Assembly: GCF_009914755.1 (NCBI RefSeq)
Contig: NC_060933.1
DNA length: 64,000 nucleotides
Reading direction: 5' to 3' (one strand)
From: the human T2T-CHM13v2.0 reference genome, Homo sapiens
Shown here: positions 28,090-43,900 of the stretch, piece after piece
Position numbering within the stretch: position 1 is the first letter of the stretch
Layout of the letters: each line of letters begins with the position of its first letter
Position numbers and translations under genes: made by a program
The notes under the pieces: generated by a model
Told to the model about the DNA's origin: nothing
The model's input: only the letters and a program-made list of their open reading frames with translations
Databases searched by the model: none

Positions 28090-30390
28090 TATTCGGATTA
28101 ATTGCATTCCATTCCATTTCATTCCATTCTATTCCATTCCATTGCAATCGAGTTGAATCCATTGCATTTCATTCCATTCCATTCCATTCCATTCCATTCC
28201 GGAAGTTTCCATTCCATTGCATTCCATTCCATTCCATTCCCCTGCAGTCGCGTTGATTCCATTCCATTCCATTCCATTCCATTCCATTCCATTCCGTTCC
28301 ATTCCATTACATTCCATTCCGTTCCGTTCCATTCCATTCCATTCCATTCTATTCGGGTTAATTCCATTCCATTCCATTCGATTGCAATCTAGTTGATTCC
28401 ATTCCATTCCATTCCATTCCATTCCATTCCATTCCATTCCTTTCCATTCCATTACGGATGATTCCATTCCATTGCATTCCATTCCATTCCATTCCCCTGT
28501 ACTCGGGTTGATTCCATTCCATTCCATTCCAATCCATGCCATTCCACTCGTGTTGATTCCATTCTTTCCATTCCATTCAAGTTGATTCCATTCCATTGCA
28601 TTCCATTCCATTCGATTCCATTCGATTGCACTCGGGTTGATTCCATTCCATTGCATTCCATTCCATTCCATTCCCCTGCACACGTGTTCATTCCATTCCA
28701 TTCCATTCCATTCCATTCCATTCCATTCCATTCCTTTCCATTCCATTCCATTCCATTCCATTCCATTCCATTCCATTCCATGCCATTCCGTTCCGTTCCG
28801 TTCCGTTCCATTCCATTCCATTCCATTCTATTCGGGTTAATTCCATTCCATTCCATTCGACTGCATTCGAGTTGATTCCATTCCATTCCATTCCATTCCA
28901 TTCCATTCCATTCCATTCCATTCCATTACGGATGATTCCATTCCATTGCATTCCATTCCATTCCATTCCCATGTACTCGGGTTGATTCCATTCCATTGCA
29001 TTCCAATCCATGCCATTCCACTCGTGTTGATTCCATTCTTTCCATTCCATTCAAGTTGAATCCATTCCATTGCATTCCATTCCATTCCATTGCCCTGCAG
29101 TCGTGGTTGATTCCATTCCATTCCATTCCATTCCATTGCATTCCATTCCATTCCGTTCCATTCCGTTCCATTCCATTCCATTCCATTCCATTCTATTCGG
29201 GTTAATTCCATTCCATTCCATTCCATTCCATTCCATTCCATTCTACTCGGATTAATTGCATTCCATTCCATTTCATTCCATTCTATTCCATTCCATTGCA
29301 ATCGAGTTGAATCCATTGCATTTCATTCCATTCCATTCCATTCCATTCCATTCCGGAAGTTTCCATTCCATTGCATTCCATTCCATTCCATTCCCCTGCA
29401 GTCGCGTTGATTCCATTCCATTCCATTCCATTCCATTCCATTCCATTCCGTTCCTTTCCATTACATTCCATTCCGTTCCGTTCCATTCCATTCCATTCCA
29501 TTCTATTCGGGTTAATTCCATTCCATTCCATTCGATTGCAATCGAGTTGATTCCATTCCATTCCATTCCATTCCATTCCATTCCTTTCCATTCCATTACG
29601 GATGATTCCATTCCATTGCATTCCATTCCATTCCATTCCCCTGTACTCGGGTTGATTCCATTCCATTCCATTCCAATCCATGCCATTCCAGTCGTGTTGA
29701 TTCCATTCTTTCCATTCCATTCAAGTTGATTCCATTCCATTGCATTCCATTCCATTCGATTCCATTCGATTGCACTCGGGTTGATTCCATTCCATTGCAT
29801 TCCATTCCATTCCATTCCCCTGCACACGTGTTCATTCCATTCCATTCCATTCCATTCCATTCCATTCCATTCCATTCCTTTCCATTCCATTCCATTCCAT
29901 TCCATTCCATTCCATTCCATTCCATGCCATTCCGTTCCGTTCCGTTCCGTTCCATTCCATTCCATTCCATTCTATTCGGGTTAATTCCATTCCATTCCAT
30001 TCGACTGCATTCGAGTTGATTCCATTCCATTCCATTCCATTCCATTCCATTCCATTCCATTCCTTTCCATTCCATTACGGATGATTCCATTCCATTGCAT
30101 TCCATTCCATTCCATTCCCATGTACTCGGGTTGATTCCATTCCATTCCATTCCAATCCATGCCATTCCACTCGTGTTGATTCCATTCTTTCCATTCCATT
30201 CAAGTTGAATCCATTCCATTGCATTCCATTCCATTCCTTTGCCCTGCAGTCGTGGTTGATTCCATTCCATTCCATTCCATTCCATTGCATTCCATTCCAT
30301 TCCGTTCCATTCCGTTCCATTCCATTCCATTTCATTCCATTCTATTCGGGTTAATTCCATTCCATTCCATTCCATTCCATTCCATTCCAT
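28090..30390. repeat. Tandem duplication, ~1.15 kb unit x2
   Basis: Private variants are shared in order: GGATTAATTGCA (28095/29249), GGAAGTTTCC (28201/29355), CACGTGTTCA (28681/29825), CGACTGCATTCGA (~28858/~30002), CAGTCGTGGTTG (~29098/~30247). The 230-aa ORFs at 28129 and 29273 are nearly identical over their N-terminal parts. Confidence 0.9.
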
Positions 30391-33300
30391 TCCAATCGAG
30401 TTGATTCCATTCCATTCCATTCCATTCCATTCCACTCCATTCCAGTCCTTTCCATTCCATTCCACTCGTGTTGATTCCAATCTATTCCTTTCCATTCCAT
30501 TCCATTCCATTGCAATCGAGTTGATTCCATTGCTTTGCATTCCATTCCATTCCATGCCATTCCGGATGATTCCATTCCATTGCATTCCATTCCATTCCAT
30601 TCCTCTGCACTCGGGTTGATTCCATTCCATTCCACTCCGTTCCGTTCCATTCCATTCCATTCCATTGTATTCGGGTTAATTCCATTCCATTCCATTCCAT
30701 TCCATTCCATTCCATTCCATGACAATCGAGTTGGTTCCATTCCATTCCATTCCTTTCCATTCCATTCCATTCCATTCCATTCCGGATGATTCCATTCGAT
30801 TACATTCCGTTCCATTACATTCCCCTGCACTCGGGTTGATTCCATTCCATTCCATTCCATTCCATTCGATTCCATTCCATTCCAATTCTTTCCATTCCAT
30901 TCTATTCCGTACCATTCCATTCCATTCCATACCATTCCATTCCATTCCATTCTATTCCATTCCATTCCGTTCTGTTCCGTTCCATTCCAATCCATTCCAT
31001 TTTATTCGGGTTAATTCCATTCCATTCCTTTCCATTCCATTCTATTCCATTCCATTGCAATCGAGTTGAGTGCATTTCATTCCATTCCATTCCATTCCGG
31101 AAGATTTCATTCCATTGCATTCCATTCCATTCCATTCCCCTGCACTCCCGTTGATTCCATTCCATTCCATTCCATTCCATTCCATTCCGTTCCTTTCCGT
31201 TCCGTTCCATTCCATTCCATTCCTTTCCATTCCGTTCCGTTCCGTTCCGTTCCATTTGATTCCATTCTATTCGGGTTAATTCCATTCCATTCCATTCGAT
31301 TGCAATCGAGGTGATTCCATTCCATTCCATTCCATTCCATTCCATTCCATTCCTTTCCATTCCATTACGGATGATTCCATTCCATTGCATTACCTTCCAT
31401 TCCATTCCCCTGTACTCGGGTTGATTCCATTCCATTCCATTCCATTCCATTCTATTCCATTCCATTCCGGAAGATTCCATTCCATTGCATTCCATTCCAT
31501 TCCATTCCCCTGCACTCGCGTTGATTCCATTCCATTCCATTCCATTCCATTCCATTCCATTCCATTCCATTCCGTTCCGTTCCATTCCATTCCATTCCAT
31601 TGCATTCCATTCCGTTCCGTTCCATTCCATTCCATTCCATTCTATTCGGGTTAATTCCATTCCATTCCATTCGATTGCAATCGTGTTGATTCCATTCCAT
31701 TCCATTCCATTCCATTCCATTCCATTCCATTCCATTCCACTCCATTCCATTGCACTCGGGTTTATTCCATTCCATTCCATTCCATTCCATTCCATTCCGG
31801 AAGATTCCATTCCATTGCATTCCATTCCATTCCATTCCCCTGCCCTCGCGTTGATTCCATTCCATTCCATTCCATTCCATTCCATTCCGTTCCATTCCAT
31901 TCCATTCCATTCCATTCCATTCCATTCCTTTCCATTCCATTACGGATGATTCCATTCCATTGCATTCCATTCCATTCCATTCCCCTGTACTCGGGTTCAT
32001 TCCATTCCATTCCATTCCAATCCATGCCATTCCACTCGTGTTGATTCCATTCTTTCCATTCCATTCAAGTTGAATCCATTCCATTGCATTCCATTCCATT
32101 CCATTCCCCTGCAGTCGGGTTGATTCCATTCCATTCCATTCTATTCCATTCCATTCCATTCCATTCCAATCGAGTTGATTCCATTCCATTCCAATCCATT
32201 CCATTCCACTCCATTCCAGTCGTTTACATTCCATTCCACTCGGGTTGATTCCAATGTATTCCTTTCCTTTGCATTCCATTCCATTGCAATCGAGTTTATT
32301 CCATTGCTTTGCATTCCATTCCATTCCATTCCATACCGGATTATTCCATTCCATTGCATTCCATTCCATTCCATTCCCCTGCACTCGGGTTGATTCCATT
32401 CCATTCCACTCCATTCCGTTCCATTCCATTCCATTCCATTGTATTGGGGTTAATTCCATTCCATTCCATTCCATTCCATTACAATCGAGTTGATACCATT
32501 CCATTCCATTCCATTCCAGTCCTTTCCATTCCATTCCACTCGGGTTGATTCCATTCTATTAGTTTCCATTCCATTCCATTCCCTTCCATTCCACTCTGGT
32601 TGATTCCATTCCTTTCCATTCCACTCGAATACATTCCCTCCTATTCCACTCGGAACGATTCCAATCCATTCCGTTCCATTCCATTCCATTCCATTCCATT
32701 CCATTTCGTTCCATTCCATTCTATTCCGTATCATTCCATTCCATTCCATTCCATTCCATTCCATTCCATTCCACTCGTGTTGATTCCATTCCTTTCCATT
32801 CCATTCGGTTTGAAGGCATTCCATTCCATTCCATTCCATTCCATTCCATTCCATTCCATTGTACTCGTGTTGATTGCATTCCATTGCATTCCATTCCATT
32901 CCATTCCGTTGCATTCCATTCCATTACATTCGGATTGATTCTATTCAACTCCCTTACATTCCATTACATTCCATTCCATTCGGGTTGTTCCATTCCATTC
33001 CATTACATTCTACTCCATTCCATTGCACTCGGGTTGATTCCATTCCATTCCATTCCATTCCATTCCATTCCATTCCATTCCATTCCGGATGATTCCATTC
33101 CATTGCATTCCGTTCCATTACATTCCCCTGCACTCGCGTTCATTCCATTCCATTCCATTCAATTCCATTCCATTAAAATTCGTTACATTCCATTCTATTC
33201 CGTACCATTCCATTCCATTCCATACCATTCCATTCCATTCCATTCCATTCCATTCCGTTCCATTCCGTTCCATTGCATTCCATTCCATTCTATTCGGGTT

Positions 33301-33720
33301 CATTCCATTCCGTTCCATTCCATTCCATTCTATTCCATTCCATTGCAATCGGGTTGAATACATTGCATTTCATTCCATTCCATTCCATTCCATTCCATTC
33401 CGGAAGATTCCATTCCATTGCATTCCATTCCATTCCATTCCCCTGCACTCGCGTTGATTCCATTCCATTCCATTCCATTCCATTCCGTTCCGTTCCATTC
33501 CATTCCATTCCATTCCATTCCATTCCATTCCGTTCCTTTCCATTCCATTCCATTCCATTCTATTCGGGTTAATTCCATTCCATTCCATTCGATTGCAATC
33601 GAGTTGATTCCATTCCATTGCATTTCATTCCATTCGATTCCATTCGATTGCACTCGGGTTGATTCCATTCCATTGCATTCCTTTCCATTCCATTCCATTC
33701 CATTCCATTCCATTCCATTC
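29920..33720. repeat. Older copy of the ~3.8 kb block X, offset ~5.8 kb from the next copy
   Basis: TTAAAATTCGTTAC occurs at 33173, 39003 and 43600. CAGTCGTTTAC and ATACCGGATTA are also shared with the 35.7-39.6 and 40.3-44.2 kb blocks. Confidence 0.85.
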
Positions 33721-33789
33721 CATTCCGTTCCATTCCTTTCCATTACATTCGGATTGATTCTATTCAATTCCCTTACACTCCATTACATT

Positions 33790-33965
33790 CCATTCCATTC
33801 GGGTAGTTTCCACTCCATTCCATTCCATTTCTCTCCATTCCATTGCACTCGGGTTGATTCCATTCCATTGCATTCCATTCCATTCGGGTAGTTTCCACTC
33901 CATTCCATTCCATTCCTCTCCATTCCATTGCACTCGGGTTGATTCCATTCCATTGCATTCCATTC
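33790..33965. repeat. Local 85-bp tandem duplication (also at ~45030-45200)
   Basis: GGGTAGTTTCCACTCC occurs at 33801/33886 and 45037/45122. Confidence 0.9.
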
Positions 33966-34989
33966 CATTCCATTCAATTCCATTCCGTTCCATTCCATTC
34001 CATTACATTCGGATTGATTCTATTCAACTCCCTTACTCTCCATTACTTTCCATTCCATTCGGGTTGTTCCATTCCATTCCATTCCATTCCACTCCATTCC
34101 ATTGCACTCGGGTTTATTCCATTCCATTCCATTCCATTCCATTCCATTCCGGAAAATTCCATTCCATTGCATTCCATTCCATTCCTTTCCCCTGCACTCG
34201 CGTTGATTCCATTCTATTCCTTTCCATTCCATTCCATTCCATTCCTTTCCGTTCCATTCCATTCCATTCCATTCCATTCCGCTCCGTTCCGTTCCGTTCC
34301 GTTCCATTCCATTCCATTCCATTCTATTCGGGTTAATTCCATTCCGTTCCATTCGACTGCAATCGAGTTGATTCCATTCTATTCCATTCCATTCCATTCC
34401 ATTCCATTCCATTCCATTCCATTCTTTCCATTCCATTCAAGTTGAATCCATTCCATGGCATTCCATTCCATTCCATTCCCCTGCTGTCGGGTTGATTTCT
34501 TTCCATTCCATTCCATTCCATTCCATTCCATTCAATTCCATTCCGTTCCGTTTCGTTCCATTCCGTTCCATTCTATTCGGGTTAATTCCATTCCATTCCA
34601 TTCCATTCCATTCCATTCCAATCGAGTTGATTCCATTCCATTCCATTCCATTCCATTCCAGACCATTCCAGTCCTTTCCATTCCATTCCACTCGTGTTGA
34701 TTCCAATGTATTCCTTTCCATTCCATTGCATTCCATTGCAATCGAGTTGATTCCATTGCTTTGCATTCCATTCCATTCCATTCCATTCCGGATGATTCCA
34801 TTCCGTTGCATTCCATTCCATTCCATTCCCCTGCACTCGGGTTGATTCTATTCCATTCCATTCCGTTCCGTTCCATTCCATTCCATTCCATTCTATTCGG
34901 GTTAATTCCATTCCATTCCATTCGATTGCAATCGTGGTGATTCCATTCCATTCCATTCCATTCCATTCCATTCCATTCCATTCCATTCC

Positions 34990-37900
34990 CTTCCATTCCA
35001 TTACGGATGATTCCATTCCATTGCATTCCATTCCATTCCATTCCCCTGTACTCGGGTTGATTCCATTCCATTCCATTCCACTCCTTTCGGTTCCGTTGCA
35101 TTCCATTCTATTGCATTCCATCTATTCGGGTTAATTCCATTCCATTCTATTCCATTCCATTCCATTCCATTCCATTGTATTCGGGTTAATTCCATTCCAT
35201 TCCATTCCATTCCATTCCATTCCATGACAATCGAGTTGGTTCCATTCCATTCCATTCCTTTCCATTCCATTCCATTCCATTCCATTCCGGATGATTCCAT
35301 TCGATTACATTCCGTTCCATTACATTCCCCTGCACTCGGGTTGATTCCATTCCATTCCATTCCATTCCATTCGATTCCATTCCATTCCAATTCTTTCCAT
35401 TCCATTCTATTCCGTACCATTCCATTCCATTCCATACCATTCCATTCCATTCCATTCCATTCCCTTCCATTCCGTTCCGTTCCGTTCCGTTCCGTTCCAT
35501 TCCATTCCATTCCATTTTATTCGGGTTAATTCCATTCCATTCCATTCCATTCCATTCCATTCTATTCCATTCCATTGCAATCGAGTTGAATCCATTGCAT
35601 TCCATTCCATTCCATTCCGGAAGAATCCATTCCTTTCCATTCCATTCCATTCCATTCGATTCCATTCTTTTCCGTTCCATTCCATTCCATTCCATTCCAT
35701 TCCATTCCATTCCATTCCATGCCATTCCGTTCCGTTCCGTTCCGTTCCATTCCATTCCATTCCATTCTATTCGGGTTAATTCCATTCCATTCCATTCGAC
35801 TGCATTCGAGTTGATTCCATTCCATTCCATTCCATTCCATTCCATTTCATTCCATTCCTTTCCATTCCATTACGGATGATTCCATTCCATTGCATTCCAT
35901 TCCATTCCATTCCCATGTACTCGGGTTGAGTCCATTCCATTCCATTCCAATCCATGCCATTCCACTCGTGTTGATTCCATTCTTTCCATTCCATTCAAGT
36001 TGAATCCATTCCATTGCATTCCATTCCATTCCATTGCCCTGCAGTCGTGGTTGATTCCATTCCATTCCATTCCATTCCATTGCATTCCATTCCATTCCGT
36101 TCCATTCCGTTCCATTCCATTCCATTCCATTCCATTCTATTCGGGTTAATTCCATTCCATTCCATTCCATTCCATTCCATTCCATTCCAATCGAGTTGAT
36201 TCCATTCCATTCCATTCCATTCCATTCCACTCCATTCCAGTCCTTTCCATTCCATTCCACTCGGGTTGATTCCAATCTATTCCTTTCCATTCCATTCCAT
36301 TCCATTGCAATCGAGTTGATTCCATTGCTTTGCATTCCATTCCATTCCATTCCATTCCGGATGATTCCATTCCATTGCATTCCATTCCATTCCATTCCTC
36401 TGCACTCGGGTTGATTCCATTCCATTCCACTCCATTCCGTTCCATTCCATTCCATTCCATTGTATTCGGGTTAATTCCATTCCATTCCATTCCATTCCAT
36501 TCCATTCCATTCCATTCCATGACAATCGAGTTGGTTCCATTCCATTCCATTCCTTTCCATTCCATTCCATTCCATTCCATTCCGGATGATTCCATTCGAT
36601 TACATTCCGTTCCATTACATTCCCCTGCACTCGGGTTGATTCCATTCCATTCCATTCCATTCCATTCGATTCCATTCCATTCCAATTCTTTCCATTCCAT
36701 TCTATTCCGTACCATTCCATTCCATTCCATGCCATTCCATTCCATTCCATTCTATTCCATTCCATTCCGTTCCGTTCCGTTCCGTTCCATTCCAATCCAT
36801 TCCATTTTATTCGGGTTAATTCCATTCCATTCCATTCCATTCCATTCTATTCCATTCCATTGCAATCGAGTTGAGTCCATTTCATTCCATTCCATTCCAT
36901 TCCGGAAGATTTCATTCCATTGCATTCCATTCCATTCCATTCCCCTGCACTCCCGTTGATTCCATTCCATTCCATTCCATTCCATTCCATTCCATTCCGT
37001 TCCTTTCGGTTCCGTTCCATTCCATTCCATTCCATTCCATTCCATTCCGTTCCGTTCCGTTCCGTTCCATTTGATTCCATTCTATTCGGGTTAATTCCAT
37101 TCCATTCCATTCGATTGCAATCGAGGTGATTCCATTCCATTCCATTCCATTCCATTCCATTCCATTCCATTCCTTTCCATTCCATTACGGATGATTCCAT
37201 TCCATTGCATTACCTTCCATTCCATTCCCCTGTACTCGGGTTGATTCCATTCCATTCCATTCCATTCCATTCTATTCCATTCCATTCCGGAAGATTCCAT
37301 TCCATTGCATTCCATTCCATTCCATTCCCCTGCACTCGCGTTGATTCCATTCCATTCCATTCCATTCCATTCCATTCCATTCCATTCCGTTCCGTTCCAT
37401 TCCATTCCATTCCATTCCATTCCATTCCGTTCCGTTCCATTCCATTCCATTCCATTCTATTCGGGTTAATTCCATTCCATTCCATTCGATTGCAATCGTG
37501 TTGATTCCATTCCATTCCATTCCATTCCATTCCACTCCATTCCATTGCACTAGGGTTTATTCCATTCCATTCCATTCCATTCCATTCCATTCCATTCCAT
37601 TCCGGAAGATTCCATTCCATTGCATTCCATTCCATTCCATTCCCCTGCCCTCGCGTTGATTCCATTCCATTCCATTCCATTCCATTCCATTCCATTCCGT
37701 TCCATTCCATTCCATTCCATTCCATTCCATTCCATTCCTTTCCATTCCATTACGGATGATTCCATTCCATTGCATTCCATTCCATTCCATTCCCCTGTAC
37801 TCGGGTTCATTCCATTCCATTCCATTCCAATCCATGCCATTCCACTCGTGTTGATTCCATTCTTTCCATTCCATTCAAGTTGAATCCATTCCATTGCATT

Positions 37901-40900
37901 CCATTCCATTCCATTCCCCTGCAGTCGGGTTGATTCCATTCCATTCCATTCTATTCCATTCCATTCCATTCCATTCCATTCCATTCGAGTTGATTCCATT
38001 CCATTCCAATCCATTCCATTCCACTCCATTCCAGTCGTTTACATTCCATTCCACTCGGGTTGATTCCAATGTATTCCTTTCCTTTGCATTCCATTCCATT
38101 GCAATCGAGTTTATTCCATTGCTTTGCATTCCATTCCATTCCATTCCATACCGGATTATTCCATTCCATTGCATTCCATTCCATTCCATTCCCCTGCACT
38201 CGGGTTGATTCCATTCCATTGCACACCATTCCGTTCCATTCCATTCCATTCCATTGTATTGGGGTTAATTCCATTCCATTCCATTCCATTCCATTCCATT
38301 CCATTACAATCGAGTTGATACCATTCCATTCCATTCCATTCCAGTCCTTTCCATTCCATTCCACTCGGGTTGATTCCATTCTATTAGTTTCCATTCCATT
38401 CCATTCCCTTCCATTCCACTCTGGTTGATTCCATTCCTTTCCATTCCACTCGAATACATTCCCTCCTATTCCACTCGGAACGATCCCAATCCATTCCATT
38501 CCATTCCATTCCATTCCATTCCATTGCATTTCGTTCCATTCCATTCTATTCCGTATCATTCCGTTCCATTCCATTCCATTCCATTCCATTCCATTCCACT
38601 CGTGTTGATTCCATTCCTTTCCATTCCATTCGGTTTGAAGGCATTCCATTCCATTCCATTCCATTCCATTCCATTCCATTCCATTCCATTGTACTCGTGT
38701 TGATTGCATTCCATTGCATTCCATTCCATTCCATTCCGTTGCATTCCATTCCATTACATTCGGATTGATTCTATTCAACTCCCTTACATTCCATTACATT
38801 CCATTCCATTCGGGTTGTTCCATTCCATTCCATTACATTCTACTCCATTCCATTGCACTCGGGTTGATTCCATTCCATTCCATTCCATTCCATTCCATTC
38901 CATTCCATTCCATTCCGGATGATTCCATTCCATTGCATTCCGTTCCATTACATTCCCCTGCACTCGCGTTGATTCCATTCCATTCCATTCAATTCCATTC
39001 CATTAAAATTCGTTACATTCCATTCTATTCCGTACCATTCCATTCCATTCCATACCATTCCATTCCATTCCATTCCATTCCATTCCATTCCGTTCCATTC
39101 CGTTCCATTGCATTCCATTCCATTCTATTCGGGTTCATTCCATTCCGTTCCATTCCATTCCATTCTATTCCATTCCATTGCAATCGGGTTGAATCCATTG
39201 CATTTCATTCCATTCCATTCCATTCCATTCCATTCCGGAAGATTCCATTCCATTGCATTCCATTCCATTCCATTCCCCTGCACTCGCGTTGATTCCATTC
39301 CATTCAATTCCATTCCATTCCGTTCCGTTCCATTCCATTCCATTCCATTCCATTCCATTCCATTCCGTTCCTTTCCATTCCATTCCATTCCATTCTATTC
39401 GGGTTAATTCCATTCCATTCCATTCGATTGCAATCGAGTTGATTCCATTCCATTGCATTTCATTCCATTCGATTCCATTCGATTGCACTCGGGTTGATTC
39501 CATTCCATTGCATTCCTTTCCATTCCATTCCATTCCATTCCATTCCATTCCATTCCATTCCATTCCGTTCCATTCCTTTCCATTCCATTCCTTTCCATTC
39601 CATTACGGATGATTCCATTCCATTGCATTCCATTCCATTCCATTCCCCTGTACTCGGGTTGATTCCATTCCATTCCATTCCACTCCATTCGGTTCCGTTG
39701 CATTCCATTCTATTGCATTCCATCTATTCGGGTTAATTCCATTCCATTCTATTCCATTCCATTCCATTCCATTCCATTGTATTCGGGTTAATTCCATTCC
39801 ATTCCATTCCATTCCATTCCATTCCATGACAATCGAGTTGGTTCCATTCCATTCCATTCCTTTCCATTCCATTCCATTCCATTCCATTCCGGATGATTCC
39901 ATTCGATTACATTCCGTTCCATTACATTCCCCTGCACTCGGGTTGATTCCATTCCATTCCATTCCATTCCATTCGATTCCATTCCATTCCAATTCTTTCC
40001 ATTCCATTCTATTCCGTACCATTCCATTCCATTCCATACCATTCCATTCCATTCCATTCCATTCCCTTCCATTCCGTTCCGTTCCGTTCCGTTCCGTTCC
40101 ATTCCATTCCATTCCATTTTATTCGGGTTAATTCCATTCCATTCCATTCCATTCCATTCCATTCTATTCCATTCCATTGCAATCGAGTTGAATCCATTGC
40201 ATTCCATTCCATTCCATTCCGGAAGAATCCATTCCTTTCCATTCCATTCCATTCCATTCGATTCCATTCCGTTCCGTTCCATTCCATTCCATTCCATTCC
40301 ATGCCATTCCGTTCCGTTCCGTTCCGTTCCATTCCATTCCATTCCATTCTATTCGGGTTAATTCCATTCCATTCCATTCGACTGCATTCGAGTTGATTCC
40401 ATTCCATTCCATTCCATTCCATTCCATTTCATTCCATTCCTTTCCATTCCATTACGGATGATTCCATTCCATTGCATTCCATTCCATTCCATTCCCATGT
40501 ACTCGGGTTGAGTCCATTCCATTCCATTCCAATCCATGCCATTCCACTCGTGTTGATTCCATTCTTTCCATTCCATTCAAGTTGAATCCATTCCATTGCA
40601 TTCCATTCCATTCCATTGCCCTGCAGTCGTGGTTGATTCCATTCCATTCCATTCCATTCCATTGCATTCCATTCCATTCCGTTCCATTCCGTTCCATTCC
40701 ATTCCATTCCATTCCATTCTATTCGGGTTAATTCCATTCCATTCCATTCCATTCCATTCCATTCCAATCGAGTTGATTCCATTCCATTCCATTCCATTCC
40801 ATTCCACTCCATTCCAGTCCTTTCCATTCCATTCCACTCGGGTTGATTCCAATCTATTCCTTTCCATTCCATTCCATTCCATTGCAATCGAGTTGATTCC

Positions 40901-43900
40901 ATTGCTTTGCATTCCATTCCATTCCATTCCATTCCGGATGATTCCATTCCATTGCATTCCATTCCATTCCATTCCTCTGCACTCGGGTTGATTCCATTCC
41001 ATTCCACTCCATTCCGTTCCATTCCATTCCATTCCATTGTATTCGGGTTAATTCCATTCCATTCCATTCCATTCCATTCCATTCCATTCCATTCCATGAC
41101 AATCGAGTTGGTTCCATTCCATTCCATTCCTTTCCATTCCATTCCATTCCATTCCATTCCGGATGATTCCATTCGATTACATTCCGTTCCATTACATTCC
41201 CCTGCACTCGGGTTTATTCCATTCCATTCCATTCCATTCCATTCGATTCCATTCCATTCCAATTCTTTCCATTCCATTCTATTCCGTACCATTCCATTCC
41301 ATTCCATGCCATTCCATTCCATTCCATTCTATTCCATTCCATTCCGTTCCGTTCCGTTCCGTTCCATTCCAATCCATTCCATTTTATTCGGGTTAATTCC
41401 ATTCCATTCCATTCCATTCCATTCTATTCCATTCCATTGCAATCGAGTTGAGTCCATTTCATTCCATTCCATTCCATTCCGGAAGATTTCATTCCATTGC
41501 ATTCCATTCCATTCCATTCCCCTGCACTCCCGTTGATTCCATTCCATTCCATTCCATTCCATTCCATTCCATTCCGTTCCTTTCCGTTCCGTTCCATTCC
41601 ATTCCATTCCATTCCATTCCATTCCGTTCCGTTCCGTTCCGTTCCATTTGATTCCATTCTATTCGGGTTAATTCCATTCCATTCCATTCGATTGCAATCG
41701 AGGTGATTCCATTCCATTCCATTCCATTCCATTCCATTCCATTCCATTCCTTTCCATTCCATTACGGATGATTCCATTCCATTGCATTACTTTCCATTCC
41801 ATTCCCCTGTACTCGGGTTGATTCCATTCCATTCCATTCCATTCCATTCTATTCCATTCCATTCCGGAAGATTCCATTCCATTGCATTCCATTCCATTCC
41901 ATTCCCCTGCACTCGCGTTGATTCCATTCCATTCCATTCCATTCCATTCCATTCCATTCCGTTCCGTTCCATTCCATTCCATTCCATTCCATTCCATTCC
42001 GTTCCGTTCCATTCCATTCCATTCCATTCTATTCGGGTTAATTCCATTCCATTCCATTCGATTGCAATCGTGTTGATTCCATTCCATTCCATTCCATTCC
42101 ATTCCACTCCATTCCATTGCACTAGGGTTTATTCCATTCCATTCCATTCCATTCCATTCCATTCCATTCCATTCCGGAAGATTCCATTCCATTGCATTCC
42201 ATTCCATTCCATTGCCCTGCCCTCGCGTTGATTCCATTCCATTCCATTCCATTCCATTCCATTCCATTCCGTTCCATTCCATTCCATTCCATTCCATTCC
42301 ATTCCATTCCTTTCCATTCCATTACGGATGATTCCATTCCATTGCATTCCATTCCATTCCATTCCCCTGTACTCGGGTTCATTCCATTCCATTCCATTCC
42401 AATCCATGCCATTCCACTCGTGTTGATTCCATTCTTTCCATTCCATTCAAGTTGAATCCATTCCATTGCATTCCATTCCATTCCATTCCCCTGCAGTCGG
42501 GTTGATTCCATTCCATTCCATTCTATTCCATTCCATTCCATTCCATTCCATTCCATTCGAGTTGATTCCATTCCATTCCAATCCATTCCATTCCACTCCA
42601 TTCCAGTCGTTTACATTCCATTCCACTCGGGTTGATTCCAATGTATTCCTTTCCTTTGCATTCCATTCCATTGCAATCGAGTTTATTCCATTGCTTTGCA
42701 TTCCATTCCATTCCATTCCATACCGGATTATTCCATTCCATTGCATTCCATTCCATTCCATTCCCCTGCACTCGGGTTGATTCCATTCCATTGCACACCA
42801 TTCCGTTCCATTCCATTCCATTCCATTGTATTGGGGTTAATTCCATTCCATTCCATTCCATTCCATTCCATTCCATTACAATCGAGTTGATACCATTCCA
42901 TTCCATTCCATTCCAGTCCTTTCCATTCCATTCCACTCGGGTTGATTCCATTCTATTAGTTTCCATTCCATTCCATTCCCTTCCATTCCACTCTGGTTGA
43001 TTCCATTCCTTTCCATTCCACTCGAATACATTCCCTCCTATTCCACTCGGAACGATCCCAATCCATTCCATTCCATTCCATTCCATTCCATTCCATTCCA
43101 TTTCGTTCCATTCCATTCTATTCCGTATCATTCCGTTCCATTCCATTCCATTCCATTCCATTCCATTCCACTCGTGTTGATTCCATTCCTTTCCATTCCA
43201 TTCGGTTTGAAGGCATTCCATTCCATTCCATTCCATTCCATTCCATTCCATTCCATTCCATTCCATTCCATTCCATTCCATTCCATTGTACTCGTGTTGA
43301 TTGCATTCCATTGCATTCCATTCCATTCCATTCCGTTGCATTCCATTCCATTACATTCGGATTGATTCTATTCAACTCCTTTACATTCCATTACATTCCA
43401 TTCCATTCGGGTTGTTCCATTCCATTCCATTACATTCTACTCCATTCCATTGCACTCGGGTTGATTCCATTCCATTCCATTCCATTCCATTCCATTCCAT
43501 TCCATTCCATTCCGGATGATTCCATTCCATTGCATTCCGTTCCATTACATTCCCCTGCACTCGCGTTGATTCCATTCCATTCCATTCAATTCCATTCCAT
43601 TAAAATTCGTTACATTCCATTCTATTCCGTACCATTCCATTCCATTCCATACCATTCCATTCCATTCCATTCCATTCCATTCCATTCCGTTCCATTCCGT
43701 TCCATTGCATTCCATTCCATTCTATTCGGGTTCATTCCATTCCGTTCCATTCCATTCCATTCTATTCCATTCCATTGCAATCGGGTTGAATCCATTGCAT
43801 TTCATTCCATTCCATTCCATTCCATTCCATTCCGGAAGATTCCATTCCATTGCATTCCATTCCATTCCATTCCCCTGCACTCGCGTTGATTCCATTCCAT

